From the NCBI GenBank assembly GCA_965112155.1, contig OZ218108.1: DNA of 64,000 bases. The stretch is one strand, 5' to 3'. Under the pieces are notes generated by a model that worked only from the letters and a program-made list of their open reading frames with translations, was not told the DNA's origin and did no database searches. Shown one piece after another: positions 24,941 through 37,690 of this stretch; position 1 is the stretch's first letter, and every line of letters starts with the position of its first letter. Position numbers and translations under genes: made by a program. The DNA comes from Podarcis liolepis (lineage: Eukaryota).

Positions 24941-25136
24941 ATTTGCAGAAGTGTGTGTTGTCTGTTTATATAAAACATTTTCTTTGCTATGAATATTTCC
25001 ATTAACTGAGGATTGAATTTGAAACTGGTTTAAAATAGCTGAAACATCAGTAGAAAGACACCTGGATACCTGCAGTTTTAAAGTTCCTGACAAGGTGGGC
25101 CACATTATTTTGAAGTTGTCAGTATACAACTGGGAG

Positions 25137-25270
25137 CTCTCTGTTGGTATAGCAAGAGACTCTTAATCTCAGGGTCATAGGTTGGAGCCCCATGTTGGGC
25201 AAAAGGTTTTTCCACTGCAGGGGGTTGGATTAGATAACTCTTGTGGTCCCTTCAAACTCTACAATTCTGT
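25137..25270 (+). mobile_element. tRNA(Lys)-head / CR1-tail SINE
   Basis: gagactcttaatctcagggtc..ggttggagcccca head plus gggggttgga..ggtcccttcaaactctacaattct tail. Confidence 0.8.
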
Positions 25271-25556
25271 AAAGAAGTTTATAAAGTAGGTACTGTTCAT
25301 TTTTAAAGTCGTATCCCTTGGGGGAGACTTCACTGAAGTTTCTGCCACCATACTGCATTATTTCCTGGCATTATTTTCCTTGTGTTGCTTTTCCTCCTAG
25401 CAATACATTAAAGTATTTGACCTTTGGGTGCAGGGCTCAAATAGCTTGTAGGTGTGAGAGCAAGAATACTTCCTTACTCCTTTGCATGGATATTTAAAAA
25501 AAAATCTTGTGGTTGTGTTGAGTTGAAATTTCTCTCTTAACTTTGTGTTTAAACAG

Positions 25557-25628
25557 GTGCAGTACCAAGAACTGAAACATGATCCTACCCACAGTCCAAG
25601 TAAGAGGAAGAAAAACAACCCTGGCTAG
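25557..25628 (+). CDS. MCTP1: MCTP1 last coding exon (VQYQELKHDPTHSPSKRKKNNPG*)
   Basis: aaacag|GTG...GGC TAG; matches recalled human C-terminus VQYQELKPDPSHSPYKRKKNNLG. Confidence 0.97.
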   Translation: MQYQELKHDPTHSPSKRKKNNPG

Positions 25629-27500
25629 CCAAATCCGTGTGCTGAGGAGACCATCATCTGTTCAAGGGGAAAATAAAACTAAAAAGCTCTAGACCTAAGG
25701 AGCATTTCCTCTCTCTTAAGCTTTATTTATTTTGCCTTTTGTTCATAATGGGAAAATTTATAAATACTGTACAAAGGGATTTATCAGTGAAATTGCACTT
25801 GAAGTTGGACAGAGTTATGACGAAGGCTTCAAATTTAGTTTAAGCTGAAGTTTTGTTGGAGTCCATTTATAGCATGAATGTGAAATGGTAAGTGATATGA
25901 TAGGCACACATGACTGGATAAGTAAAAGATACATTTTTAAACTCATGCTCTGGTTAATTTTTAAAAGCTAACTGAGGATTTATGCATGACCCATCCTTTT
26001 ATCCAAAGAAGATCACTCTTTTTTATATTTTATACATTTTGCCAGAAGAACAGAGCAAAGGCACTTATTTGTGTGTTTCATCCAAAAGAAATAAAACTGT
26101 AATTAGACCCTGCTGCAAATAAACAAACTGACTAGGGCTTGCCTAAAAGGCAAGCTATATATACACTAAACGCAAATGTCTTACTGGAGCTCCAAAGATT
26201 TAAAGAAGTTCTTAACACTTTTATCATTCCACCACAAGACTTTGAAAAAAATATACCTGTATCTAAAATACTGCCAGGTTTATAATGGATTGCATCTTTA
26301 ACTTTTTATATTGCCACTAATCTTGATTTGTACTTACTTAGCCTAGTGAAGAACCTGCATATCGTTCAGTAGTGAAAGAAATATTATCAGATTAAAACCA
26401 TATTGCTTCAGGTGTCAGGCTGTGAACACCTTTTGTGCACATATAGTATGTCAATACTAAAATCTGTTTGCTTCCTAATCAAAAGGCCATTTTAAAAGCC
26501 CTTACAGCATAGCACTTGACCTAGTACTGTGGCAAATGAAAAAGAAACAATGTGGGCTGAATTTATATACCTGTTTTGTTTCTTCATTTGATTCACCTAA
26601 TCAGTCCTCCTGATAGTTAAGTGCCCTGTTGCGTGGAAAGCATTTTTTAAATTGTGGCAGATGGGAATATAGTTTACATTTCAAAACATTGCCATTGCAT
26701 AATGAGTGGCTAGGAATATATTCTTAAACTGTGACCAGTGGAGCTCTTGAGTTGAGTCTGTACACCTAAGGACCTTATCATGTAGTCCTTACAGAAAACC
26801 TGCAGTGGGTGTCAAAAGGACCAATTAAGAACTAATGGATTTGTGCCCTCAGGAGGAAAAGAGATTCCACACTCTTCATTACAGAACATTCATTCTGCGT
26901 GGTGGCTGCTTCCCAGATTCTATTGCACTACTTACTGTTAAAATAGTACTTTTTTTGAGAGAGAAATATTCAATAGTATATGCACAGGAAAATGTATATA
27001 CATTAATTTACATCTAAAGGTATTCTTAAACTACATTTCTCATGAAAGCTGATTTTGAAAATTATTTTTATCTTAGAGATGTGTTGCTGTTTCTTACAAA
27101 TGAACTATTTTGAAATTGCCTATTTATACAACATGCTTGAAAGAATGCCAAACAAGTTATGTATCTGCAGGGAAGACTTGACCCGAACATGTTCTGGTTA
27201 TGTAGCCAGGTGATCGTGACTTATTCAATATGCACATGTATGCAGGTCGTGTCTCTGTTTATTGCTGATGAACAAATATGCCATTAATGAAGTCAACCTA
27301 TTGAATTGTCTGTGTTAATGTTGATAATTTCTTTTAGTCTGGAATATTTTGTTCACAGTGAAAACCTGTTACATAATACATGAAGACTTTTCTCTTTATT
27401 TGTTCACTTACTATTATCTATCATTCTGTGGGCTTTTTTCCCCCCTGTACAAAATGCTGACCTAACTTATTTATGCCATTAAACTCATATGACAAACGAT
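25629..27500 (+). other. MCTP1: Probable MCTP1 3' UTR
   Basis: AT-rich, no recognisable TEs after the stop; AATAAA at 25672 and 26090, ATTAAA at 27478 followed by GT-rich sequence; end point inferred. Confidence 0.55.
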
Positions 27501-27544
27501 TGATTTACTGTGTGAAACATTACAGGATAAAGAAGAAAGAGTTC

Positions 27545-28600
27545 ACTCTCCCATGCTCAGGGAGAGCAAATGTCCACAATTTGCATAACGGTATTGATGG
27601 GAAAACATCTATAATGACCACTTTGGATTGGGGCCAGCAATTAAAAGTAATATTGGTGACTGCTTAGAGAAGTTATTTTCTCTCCTAGAGTTATAAATGC
27701 ACTTGGAATTGCTGCCTTTGGATCTCCCAAGACCCCATCTGAGCTCTTCACCTGCAGGGGGCTGTTGCCTTTTGGTTTCTGCAATGGTTAACCGGATCAT
27801 AGAACCATAGAAGAGTTGGAAGGGATCTAAGGATCATCTAGTCCAACCCCTCAATGCAGGGATGACCCTAGGAAGCCCACAAGGATGACATAAAGACTAC
27901 AGACCTCTCCTGCTGTTATGTTCAGTGGCACGCTGAGTACTGAGATTCCAATCAGCTACCATTAATAGCCATTAGGGCTTATCACCCATGAGTTTGTCTG
28001 ATCCCCTTTTGAAGCCATCTAAACTCATGTCTACATTCTGTAAATGAACTGCATGATGTGTGCAAAAATGCCATTTGTCTGTCCTGAATATACAGTTAAT
28101 CAGTCAGTTTCATTGAATGATTCCAAGTCCTAATAACAGGAGGGATAAAACCTTGTCTCCTCATTTTCTTAAAAACATCCATTTTTTTATCGGCTTCATT
28201 CCTGTTCTCGATTTGTTATATGGAAGTTCCAGCCATGTAGTAATTTTGTTTTCCCTTTCTGTACTTTCCCAGGTCTTTTTAAGATGAGGTTACCAGAACT
28301 GCACATGGTATTCCAAATGTGGACTACTCCATAAATTCATATAGAATTCAGGTGCGTGCCAAATACATATTCTGTGCTGCGTAATCATGAGACTCAGCAG
28401 TATCTTTCCATAGCACCAGGTAGAGTATCACAGCTGGACTTCAGCTGCTGAATGAGTAAATAAACCACGTTTTTCCTGCCTGAGAACATGCTTTGCCTTT
28501 CCACACATTTATCAAGGGTTACTGCTAAGTTTACAAGCTTAGAATCCATGCAAGAGAGTTTGCATGAAATAATTAGTACCAAGTTTTTCATATTTCTGTT
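27545..28600 (-). pseudogene. Fossil gene: cadherin repeats split by SINE/CR1 insertions
   Basis: KDTAESHDYAAQNMYL (~28360-28410); KGSNSKCIYNSRRENNF and HQYYF*LLA...NTVMQIVDICSP (27560-27720). Confidence 0.6.
27797..28340 (-). mobile_element. CR1-tail SINE end plus CR1 LINE 3' fragment
   Basis: catagaa..gttggaaggg..catctagtccaacccc; CR1-type gaagccatct..ccagaactgcac..ttccaaatgtgg. Confidence 0.7.
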
Positions 28601-29379
28601 AGTGACTTGTCTGTAAGCTGTTGATGTTCTCCTTTGGAAAGGAAACTTCTTTGGGGAATAACCCTGCCTTAAGCATCAAGTGTTTCAAGATGCTCTGTGT
28701 GATAAAATTAATTCTGGAGTAAGCATCTACACCTGTTAGTGTCCTTATTTTGATAACTCACCTCAGGCATTTTTTAAAAAGGCATTTGCTTTCAGAACCA
28801 CATAAAGCTGCTTTGTAGTAGAACAACATTTGCTATAAACAATTTTAAATCTATTGAGAGAGACAAAAGAAATTTGCAAAATGTTTAGGTTTTCTGTCTA
28901 CTGCTAAAATCCATTCATAACTGTAATTTTCAAATATCACTTAGGGAGAAAAATGTTCATTTTTCACAGTAGATGTTTCATGAATTACTGTTTGAAATGC
29001 AATAAGAGAGAGAGATGGAAATAGTATTTTGGGTGTTTGTGTTTTTCTTTAATCCAGTAGAGTGGAAATCAGGTCACACTTTCAAGTCACATTTTCCACA
29101 GTTCGGTCTGAAGCGATCCTTTGAGCCTGAGGTTTATGTACTTTTACTTGGAAGTATTTCCCATCAAGTTCAATAGAATTTTCATCCAAATAAGTGTATA
29201 TAGGAGTACAGTCTTGATGTAGTCTTAAGTTTGCACGGCTTCAGACATGGGAGCTTTAAAGTGCAAGCAACTGCAAAGTTCTGAGCTTGGTACCCTGAGC
29301 AGACCTACAAGTTGAAACAGTGAACAAAATGAAAAAGCAACCATTTTAAACTAGCGACCAGGAATATTTGGCTAGGTCT

Positions 29380-30590
29380 GCAGTTTGTGGGAACAGAGAG
29401 TGCACTCCGTTCAGAAATTTGACAGGAACCATGCCCGTCAGAGTGGCTGCAATCTGCTGCCTCTTCTTATGGGAAGCAGAATACGGAGATGCGCCTCATC
29501 ATAGCATGACTCTTCCCATTGTCACCATGCCACCCCTGTGCGGTTTTGCTAAGTGTTTTGTGATGTGTCAGATCAAGCTTCCCTCCACTTGCTTCCCTCT
29601 AGACGTTACGGACTATTTTATTTATTTGCTGCTTTTTACACCAAAGTGCCTCAAAACAAGTTATATTGTAGAAAGAACAAGGGATATTAAAACCTAATTT
29701 AAAAACAAGATAGAAAATGCCTGTGTGTTATGTATGACATCCTATGTACCACACTGCTTAAAAGGAGGGCACAAAGAGTCCACAGACATAACTGGTTACT
29801 CTCCCAATTAAAGACCAAGGGACTGAGTAAATAGAAATGCTTTTGCCTGGTGCCTAAAAACCGACAACAATGGTGCCAGGTGCTCCACAAATAGGGGGGA
29901 AACAAAGAAAGGAGGAGTGTGGCAGTGAGTGTAGATCTGGCTGAGCAGGTGGTGAAAATCACCTCCTCCACTGATGGTCCTAGCTGCCACACCCAGCAAA
30001 GCCTTCAGCTGGGGCCTACTTCAAGCTGACAAGCCTGACATGGCTGTCAATCAGTTCAGGGGGTGGGATAATAGTGAAGCCAGTGTTCTCATACATTCCC
30101 AAGCAGGAGGGGAGAAAGAGGAGGAGGAGGAACATAGCAGCAAGAATATCAGGACTGGCTGGGTAAGTGGACCAACAAAGATTCCATTTCCCACTATTGC
30201 TGACTATTGGCTATGCTGGCTGGGGCTGATGCAGGCAAAATATTGGGAGGGCACCAGGCTGAGGAAGCCTTCATCAAACTATTCAAGGTTCTTGTGCACC
30301 TCCAGGTGGTGGCTGAAGGAGGAAGCCGCTAGATGTTTTAAGGTGATATGCACTGCAGGTGGACAGGTCTTGGCTTGCCATTAATGGATGGGTGCTTTGC
30401 AGCACATCTGAAACAGTGGCAGACTTGGGGACAGGGAAGAGAATTAAGCAGAAGTTCAAACTTTCTGAGTAGCCGGTAGTCTCTTCCTGTCCCTGTTCTC
30501 TCTCACACACCGCACACTGTCTTGAGAGCTTCCTGTAATGATTATGAATGTAAACATAGTCTGTTAACTGATGATTGCAAACAAAAATAC
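29380..30590 (-). pseudogene. Fossil gene: cadherin-like fragments
   Basis: MFTFIIITG and RTGTGRDYRLLRKFELLLN (LDYE..F.L-like) at ~30450-30570; SDGHGSCQISERSALSV at ~29390-29445. Confidence 0.45.
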
Positions 30591-30971
30591 TCATAATAAG
30601 GATGTTGTTAGGTACAGTATTAAAGCAGAGATGCTAAGAAAAGTTTCAAACAGTCAAGAAAAGCTGTACTCAGCTTGATCCTGCAAGCAGCTGCCCCTTT
30701 CCCCCAACCAAGAATGGGGAAAACTGGTGGAAAACGTTATTAAAGATTAATTTATGAAGCAGATAGAAGAACCAGTCTAGCTGAAGCAGATTAAGCATGG
30801 CTTCTGCAAAGGCAATTCCTGCCTCACAAATATATTTGTATTTTTTGAGGGCATATGAATCAGAAATGGTGAACTGCAGGCTTCCCAATTTGGCTCTTGC
30901 AGTTGTTTTCCCCAGATCATGTCCACCTGCCCCACGCTTGATAGAGGCAGTTGGATCGGATCTTGTTTGTG

Positions 30972-31760
30972 TTTTTTTAAATGTATTTTTATTAAATATT
31001 TTCTTGATTTACAAAGGTATGTGCAATGTCTCTCATATTTTCCCCCCCATGTAACAATTTTTAAAATATTTTTTTACAAATCGGTTTCATTTGTTGAGAC
31101 ATTAGGAAGAATAGGGGGAGAGGTGGAGGGGGAAAAATATGAGTGGGGTGGGGTCGGGTGGTGATGTTTCTATTTTACTTAATATATGTGGGGTTTTGTG
31201 TCAGCGTTGCTTGTGCGGGTTCTCTGCTGTTCACTTGTGTTCCTTTGGTGGTGAGAGAGGTTGGGGTTGGCCTAAGGTGTGGTTGTTCATTTGTGGTTGG
31301 CTGTAGTGATTTTTGTTTTCATGTGTGAGTGGGGTGGGTGTTTTGGATCAGGTTAGCCATATTGATTTGTATGCTGTTGATGGATTTTTGTCGTTGTCTT
31401 GTTGGGCTGTGTATGTGATAAAGGGGAGCCATACCCGGGTGAAGGCATCTTCTTCTCTTTGTCCCCGTGTCAGTTTCAGTTTATTGGTTAATTTTTCTAG
31501 TAAGGCTGTTTCCCATACTATTTGGTACCATTGGTCCATGTTTATTCCTGACAGGTCTCTCCAGTGTCTGGTTATGATGTTTCTGGCTGCTGAGAGTACG
31601 TGGGTTCTGAGTTCTTTGTGGCGTAAGTGGGCATTGTTGGAAGATGTTTAGTAGGGCCATTTCTGGGGTGATTTCTAATATTTGCTTGGTTATTTTACAT
31701 ATTTCTTGTATGACTGTTGTCCAGGATAGTTGGATTTTGGGAAACTCCCACCACATGTGG
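30972..31760 (-). mobile_element. 5'-truncated L1-clade LINE (ORF2 C-terminus and 3' UTR)
   Basis: HMWWEFPKI..W..VIQEI..I..LL (knuckle remnant), frameshift, DQWYQIVWETALLEKLT..F..VW.PF; A-rich tail. Confidence 0.85.
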
Positions 31761-31904
31761 AGGGGGATCGGGTGCTTGTTCAGCCAATACTTAGTGAAAG
31801 CAACATTGTCACCCCCACCCATCCCCATTAGCTGCATAGGGAGCTCAATCCTCCTTGGCTTGTGTGCAAAATCATCAAATTTCAGATTTCAAAATTTGAG
31901 GCTT

Positions 31905-32165
31905 TTTCATTTGCAGAAAAACAAGAGGAGACATAATAGAGGCATAGAAAATTAAGCATGGTGTGGAGAAAGTAGCTAGAGAAAAGTTTTTCTCCCTCCC
32001 TCATAACATTATAATTTGGGGGGGTTCAATTAAGCTGAATGTTGGTAGATCCAGGGCAGAATTAAACAAAGGATTTCTTCATGGTTAAACTATGGAATTA
32101 ACTCCCACATGATGTAAAGCCATCTGTCTTATCCTTCATTAATTTGTCTATCAATGGCTACTGGC
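31905..32165 (+). mobile_element. CR1 LINE 3' fragment
   Basis: catggtgtggagaaagtag..agagaaaagtttttctccctc..aaactatggaat..ctatcaatggctact. Confidence 0.75.
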
Positions 32166-33493
32166 TCTGTTCTGCCTCCTCTGCTGCAGTGAAATAAGTC
32201 CCAACTTGGATTGTCATTTGAAGGAAAATGCTTTGGGGCTCAAGTTACGCAAAATATATTCCTCTGCCTATTTTTGTAAGACTATTCGTCCCCGTGTGAA
32301 AGGGAGGGAAGGGGTAATTGGTTGCTTTCAAAAGATGGACGAATTAAAAGTAATTCTAATTTTACCTTTTTAAATGCAAGGTTGCTGAGGGTGGTTATTT
32401 TCCTTCCCCCTCCTCTTTTAAAAACCTAATGAATGACAAACTTAATGCCACTTCAAGCAACTTTTCTGGGATGCAATACCTCTGGGAATGGCACCTTGTC
32501 ATGACACAGCATCATTCCCAGGAGCATTCTGGGAGGAAGGGGAAGAATGGCCACAATGTGGCCGCAGGTTTATGCCACTGCTCTAGCGCAGCCATTAGAT
32601 GTGGCAGCCATTATTTTGTGGATTACAAATGTGGGCAAAATGTAATTGTTCATGCTGCAGGGCTCTAAGCAAGAGCTGAAACTAAAATTCTTTTGTAGCA
32701 ATCACAAAGTCGCAATAGGGTATGCTCATTCCGTCATTTCTCTATTAAAACATAAAAGGTGCTGTAATTTTCAGGCAATGATCCAGGAGAGCCTCAGGAA
32801 TTCAAAGTCAAGCCTGAAAACCTGTTTGTAACCAATGTTGTTTTCCTTTTAAATTGGTTAATTCTGCATTCCTGAAACGTTGTAAATAGCCATCTGCATG
32901 AACATCTGTTCTAAACCTCTCCTTTAACTATGCACTAGTGGTGAAATCACTACCATCACATCATGCAAGAACTTAAGATGAAATGACCATTTAGTCCAGC
33001 CTCCTTTTCTCCGAAGGAACCACTAGTTGTCCACGACAGCCCCACAAGCCAGACATATGTGCAACAGCAGTCTCTCGTGCTTCCTGTTAAAATATAGTCA
33101 TTGTGACTAGTAGCCATTGTTAGGCTTATTAATCAAGAATTTGGCAACACCTTTTCAAAGCTGTTCAAGCTGAATTCCATTCTTTAACAATGCAGTATGC
33201 AAAGAAGTACTTCTGTTCTCCCAACATTCTGCTTCTTTGGATTGTCCCATGTTGCAGAATTATGGCATCTAGAATCTAGGAGATGGGAGAGAGAGAAACT
33301 TCTTTCTATCCACTTTCTCCAAAACATGCAGATGTTGCTGGACCACAACTTTGACATCCCTGGCCATTGGCTATGCTGGCTGAGGCTGATGAGAGCTGGA
33401 CTCCAGCATCTGGAAGGCAGCCAGTTCCCATTCCTGAAGTAGTCCTTAATCACACTCCATCATGCTCCTGTATGTGAACTCTCTCCCATCGAT

Positions 33494-33771
33494 TTATATG
33501 ACTGCAAACTGATTATTCATACATTTCCTTTCCTTTTCAGCATTGTAATTGCTGAAATACTGATCTTGACTCCTATATTGTGTGGGTGCAACCTTCTCCA
33601 CACAGAGGGCTATTGGGAAGCATCTCTTGGTTGGCTGGAGAAACAGGACATTAGATCTTTTCTCTGTCCTCCTCAATCTAGGCAGCTTTTCACTAACATC
33701 CTGGAAGCATTGCATACTAGAGCCAGCAGTCCCAAATAGCTAAAATGCCACCACATACTGTTGAAATTCAT
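33494..33771 (-). pseudogene. Fossil gene: candidate first exon with signal-peptide-like start
   Basis: MNFNSMWWHFSYLGLLALVCNASR followed by a stop at 33673; adjacent frame FQDVSEKLP (V.E..P-like). Confidence 0.35.
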
Positions 33772-35219
33772 CTCCCATGAACCATTGTTAGGGATAATGG
33801 AGCATTTCACTTAACAATATGTTTAGAAAAACTGGAGCCATCACAGCAAGTATTAAATGAAAAAGCCATAAAATGAGTGGAATGCAGTCCATCTGGTTAT
33901 AAAGCTTCTTTGGGGATAGAATATTTTTTTGCTATGGACTCAGAAAGCATCATGATGTAGCCTGTCTTTGAAAGGATAGCAAACCTAAGGATGGTTGGAA
34001 CTTCTTGTAGGCAAACAGGTCAGTAATAGTTCAAAGGCTTGTTTCCTACACCTACTTCAGCTTTGCTGCAGTACCGCATACTTTCAAAAGCAGGGTTTTT
34101 TATGAATTTGCCAAGGGTAAAAAAAGTCTTAATTTAATAACAGGAGTGAACTCCCTATAAATACATCCATGACAGAGCCTTTGATAAGTGTACTCAGTCA
34201 TTTAATCTTATCAGTTCCCTCCCTTCTTTTTGTGCTGAGTCTGAAAAGGCACATCAGGGAACAAGCAATTCTTCATGTTCCATGAACACTCCTAAAATCA
34301 TAAGGGGTTGATAGAGGAGATAGACTACGTTATCATCAATCCACATGGTATCCATATGAAAAAAAAACATCTTTAGCAGTTTAAGAGCCATTATAGATAG
34401 CATGTCCCCCCACACAGAGAAGGTCTGCTTTGAAAAGGTTTAAACTAATGATAGGCTGACCACATCAAACTGACACATCACATTTATTCTTCTCAGAGAG
34501 TTTAGCACATAACAGAGAAATTTTAGGACATTTCAGATAATGTAATAAGACCTCATTATAAAAAAGCACATAAGGATCAGAGTTGTTTCGGTAACATAGA
34601 CTTACTGTGAAGCAGAAAATATAAGCTACTGTACAGATAAATGGGGAACTCAGCATGGTCAGAAATGTCACCAACAATTAAAACTTGAAAATAATACTTT
34701 AAACGCAGTGTGGTTTTAAGATGCTGATAAGCACTTGCTCACGTGAACATGGAAGAACTTTCAGTGGAGATACTGATTTAGAAAGCAAAATTTAGAGCAT
34801 TATGATGTGGTTTATATTAACTAAAACTTTTTTTGTACCTACAGAGGGAAGTGTACTTTAAGCACTGTTAATAAATGAACTTTCACAGTTCATTTTTATG
34901 AATTGGGATGTTTTCTGCAATTTACTCTCTACTCTTAACAGCTTGTGCAACCAGTCCTACACATTAAAAATATTTAGCATGGGACTGACATTTTTAGCAG
35001 AAATTGGTATTGAATCCAGTTTTTATAATCCAAATTTTAGTGGACACCTTCAGATGTGACCATATATTAACATTGCTCTTGAAATGCTTGTGGTGTTTTG
35101 AACAAGTAATGCTTTAGGAAATAGGCTTGAATCTTGGTTGTATTTATGCTTCACTCATATCATCTGTTCTGATGGTATTATAACACAAATTTGTATTTTT
35201 TGGGTTGTACTGTAACAGG

Positions 35220-35353
35220 ACTTCAGTTGGTTAGTGTGGTGCTGATAATAACAAGGTTGCAGGTTTGATCCCCATATGGGACACTGGCATATTCCTGCAC
35301 TGCAGGTTAAACGAGATGATCCTCAGTGTCCCTTCCAACTCTGTGATTTTATG
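35220..35353 (+). mobile_element. tRNA(Ile)-like head / CR1-tail SINE
   Basis: tcagttggttag..gtggtgctgataa..caaggttgcaggtttgatcccc head plus CR1 tail. Confidence 0.75.
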
Positions 35354-35867
35354 ACTACTTCAGACCAATGTCTCTAGGTACTATAGATTAATTATTTGAA
35401 TCACTGTATTATACAAATGTCCCAACATGTTAACAGCATGCTTCTGTGTTCTGAACAGTACCTGTACGTAGCTCAGAGACCCTGATGGTAAGATCTGGCC
35501 CTCCTTATTGTTCTTAGAGCATCACATCACATCATTAGGAAGGCTGATGTAACCTTACAATGCTTCTAACATCACTGAGCCAAACTTCATCAAAATGTCT
35601 GGTTGAGGGTTTGGGGAAGGGGAAGGTATTAAAGTGTTTGGTTATTTGTGTTATTTGTGCAAGCAAAAGCAACAAACCATTGTGTAAGAAAGTAGTATAT
35701 TTTATTACATGGGTGTTTCAAAAGATACACTTCTTCTACTGGTAAAGTTTGTTTTGTTAAAATAAGGCCACTTTTTGCTTGCTCTGTTAGAATTGATTGT
35801 TGCTATGGTTAAGGCAGAAGGCTCACTGAACTATTCAAAATAATGATTAAATGAGTTAATTATTTGG

Positions 35868-36004
35868 GATAGCTCAATCAGTAGAGCACGAGACTCTTAA
35901 AGGTTGTGGGTTCGAGCCCCATTGGGCAAAGAGATTCCTGCATTGCAGGGGGTTGGACTAGATGACCCTTTGGGTACCTTCCAGCACTATAGGATTCTAT
36001 GATT
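35868..36004 (+). mobile_element. tRNA(Lys)-head / CR1-tail SINE
   Basis: A box tagctcaatcagtagagc, B box ggttcgagccc, CR1 tail. Confidence 0.8.
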
Positions 36005-36557
36005 TACATAGATGAGTAGCTCCCTAATATTTACCTTGCAAAATAAAATCTCAAAATGCCTTGGGATTAAAGAGTTCTGTACACAATCATTTGTAGATTA
36101 GTCCTCTGAGAAGGCTATTGTTGGCTACTATCTACAGTGGCTATGTTCTAGTTCCATTTTTAGAGTTGGGACAAGTGATGATGTGCTCAGCTTCTACACT
36201 TGGGTTTCGCATGGGCATATTTAGAAACTGAGTACATCTACTCTCCAAGGAGTTCAAGGCCCTGTGCCATTTAAGTCTCACAACAGCTCCGCGAGGTATG
36301 TTAGGCTAAGATCTGGTAACTGAACGAAGAGCACCCACTGAGCTTCATGACAGATTTCAAAGCCAGGCCTCTTCAGTCCTAGTCCAACACTACCACACCA
36401 GTCCCACTTAACTTGCAAAGTGCTGCTTTAGCCTAAGGTGCTCCTGAATTTTGTTTCAAATCAGCATTGGATTTTTTTTTAATACTTTTTTTTCAAATTA
36501 CAAAATGTTTGTTTAAGGAACATACATAATAATGAAGCTATGCTTCAACCATTTTAA

Positions 36558-36918
36558 TTTATTGAATGGTTTTTGGTTCCAAATTACACTTATAAAGCTT
36601 TAATAAGAGTCCAATCTTAGGGCATGTTTTATGGAAACTTCGACTTCCCCTAGATACTGTTGCCTCCTACACAAGATAATTAACATGCCCTACCTTTTAG
36701 AGTGGCCTTAAATCTTCCAAATTCTCCCACACCACCCAAGGTGGGCTGCCTCATAATTTGAGAATGACAGTATTAGGATCAAGAGCATCTTTATTCATTC
36801 TCAAATAAATTCTGAATGCAGTGTGTGATTGTGGTAGTATATTGCCTCCTAAAAGTCAATGAACCAAGTATACAGTACTCTATTCAAATATTGATCACAT
36901 TACAAAAACAATTTTATT
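36558..36918 (-). terminator. SLF1: Candidate SLF1 polyadenylation signals
   Basis: Minus-strand AATAAA at 36913-36918, 36790-36795 and 36558-36563, 0.8-1.1 kb after the stop; usage not shown. Confidence 0.45.
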
Positions 36919-37690
36919 AACAAAAATATTATACAGGATTAGTGATTGCAGACAACAAAATGAGGTAGCCAACAAAATGAAGTGTTGCTTGATAGGATGG
37001 AGTAAAAGGATCCCCTGAGTTGGTGCCATAATCGTTGCTGGAGCTCCCCTCCCCCCCATTTTAAGAGACTATGGGCTGTTTCACAGCTGGTGGGAAACCA
37101 GTTTCCCAGGATGGGAATGTGCTGTAGTGCCCAAGTAAGAAGCATCCACTTTCAGTTTCCTATGACGACTGAGCTTTGAGAGTAGTTTGTTTACAAACTA
37201 GCTGGTGAGGACAAGCCAGCATGTGAGAAAACAGTTTGCTTAATTAATTAGTGGGAACAAGATAGGATCAAGTAAGTTTCCCAAGTTCAAACAGCATAAG
37301 GGAAAATGTGGTTAGTGCAAAACTGGGAACAGACGATTCTGGTTTTCTCTTCTGGGAAAGGAAAGTGTGCAAACCTGATATTCTGTACAGCTTGTTCGCA
37401 TTGTAGTAGGAAGCCAGTTTTGTGTTATGGCTAAATCAGGCAAATACAGTCTTAGTCCCTTGTGGGGATCAGTAGGTCAACCAGGCAAGGGTATTATGCT
37501 TATATGTTGAAGATGATAAACATGTTAGACCAGGATCAATGAGGTACCAGATGCTGCCAAGACAACAACTCCCATCATCTCTTATCATTGGTCAAGCTGG
37601 ATGGAGCTGATGGGAGCTGGAGTCCAAGGACACATTAGCTACCCCAGTGTTAAGACTATCAGCTTTTGGCAAGCAGTCCTAGTTTGGAAG

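Larger units (their letters stand above)
352..33771 (-). pseudogene. Decayed multi-exon cadherin-repeat/EGF type I membrane protein gene, antisense and interleaved with MCTP1 3' exons
   Basis: About 20 minus-strand fragments with cadherin or EGF motifs in colinear order; signal-like N-end and TM-like C-end; many stops, frameshifts and TE insertions. Confidence 0.72.

Noticed and set aside
35220-36004. tRNA-like sequences as real tRNA genes
   Set aside because: Degenerate cloverleafs fused to CR1-type tails, so SINE heads
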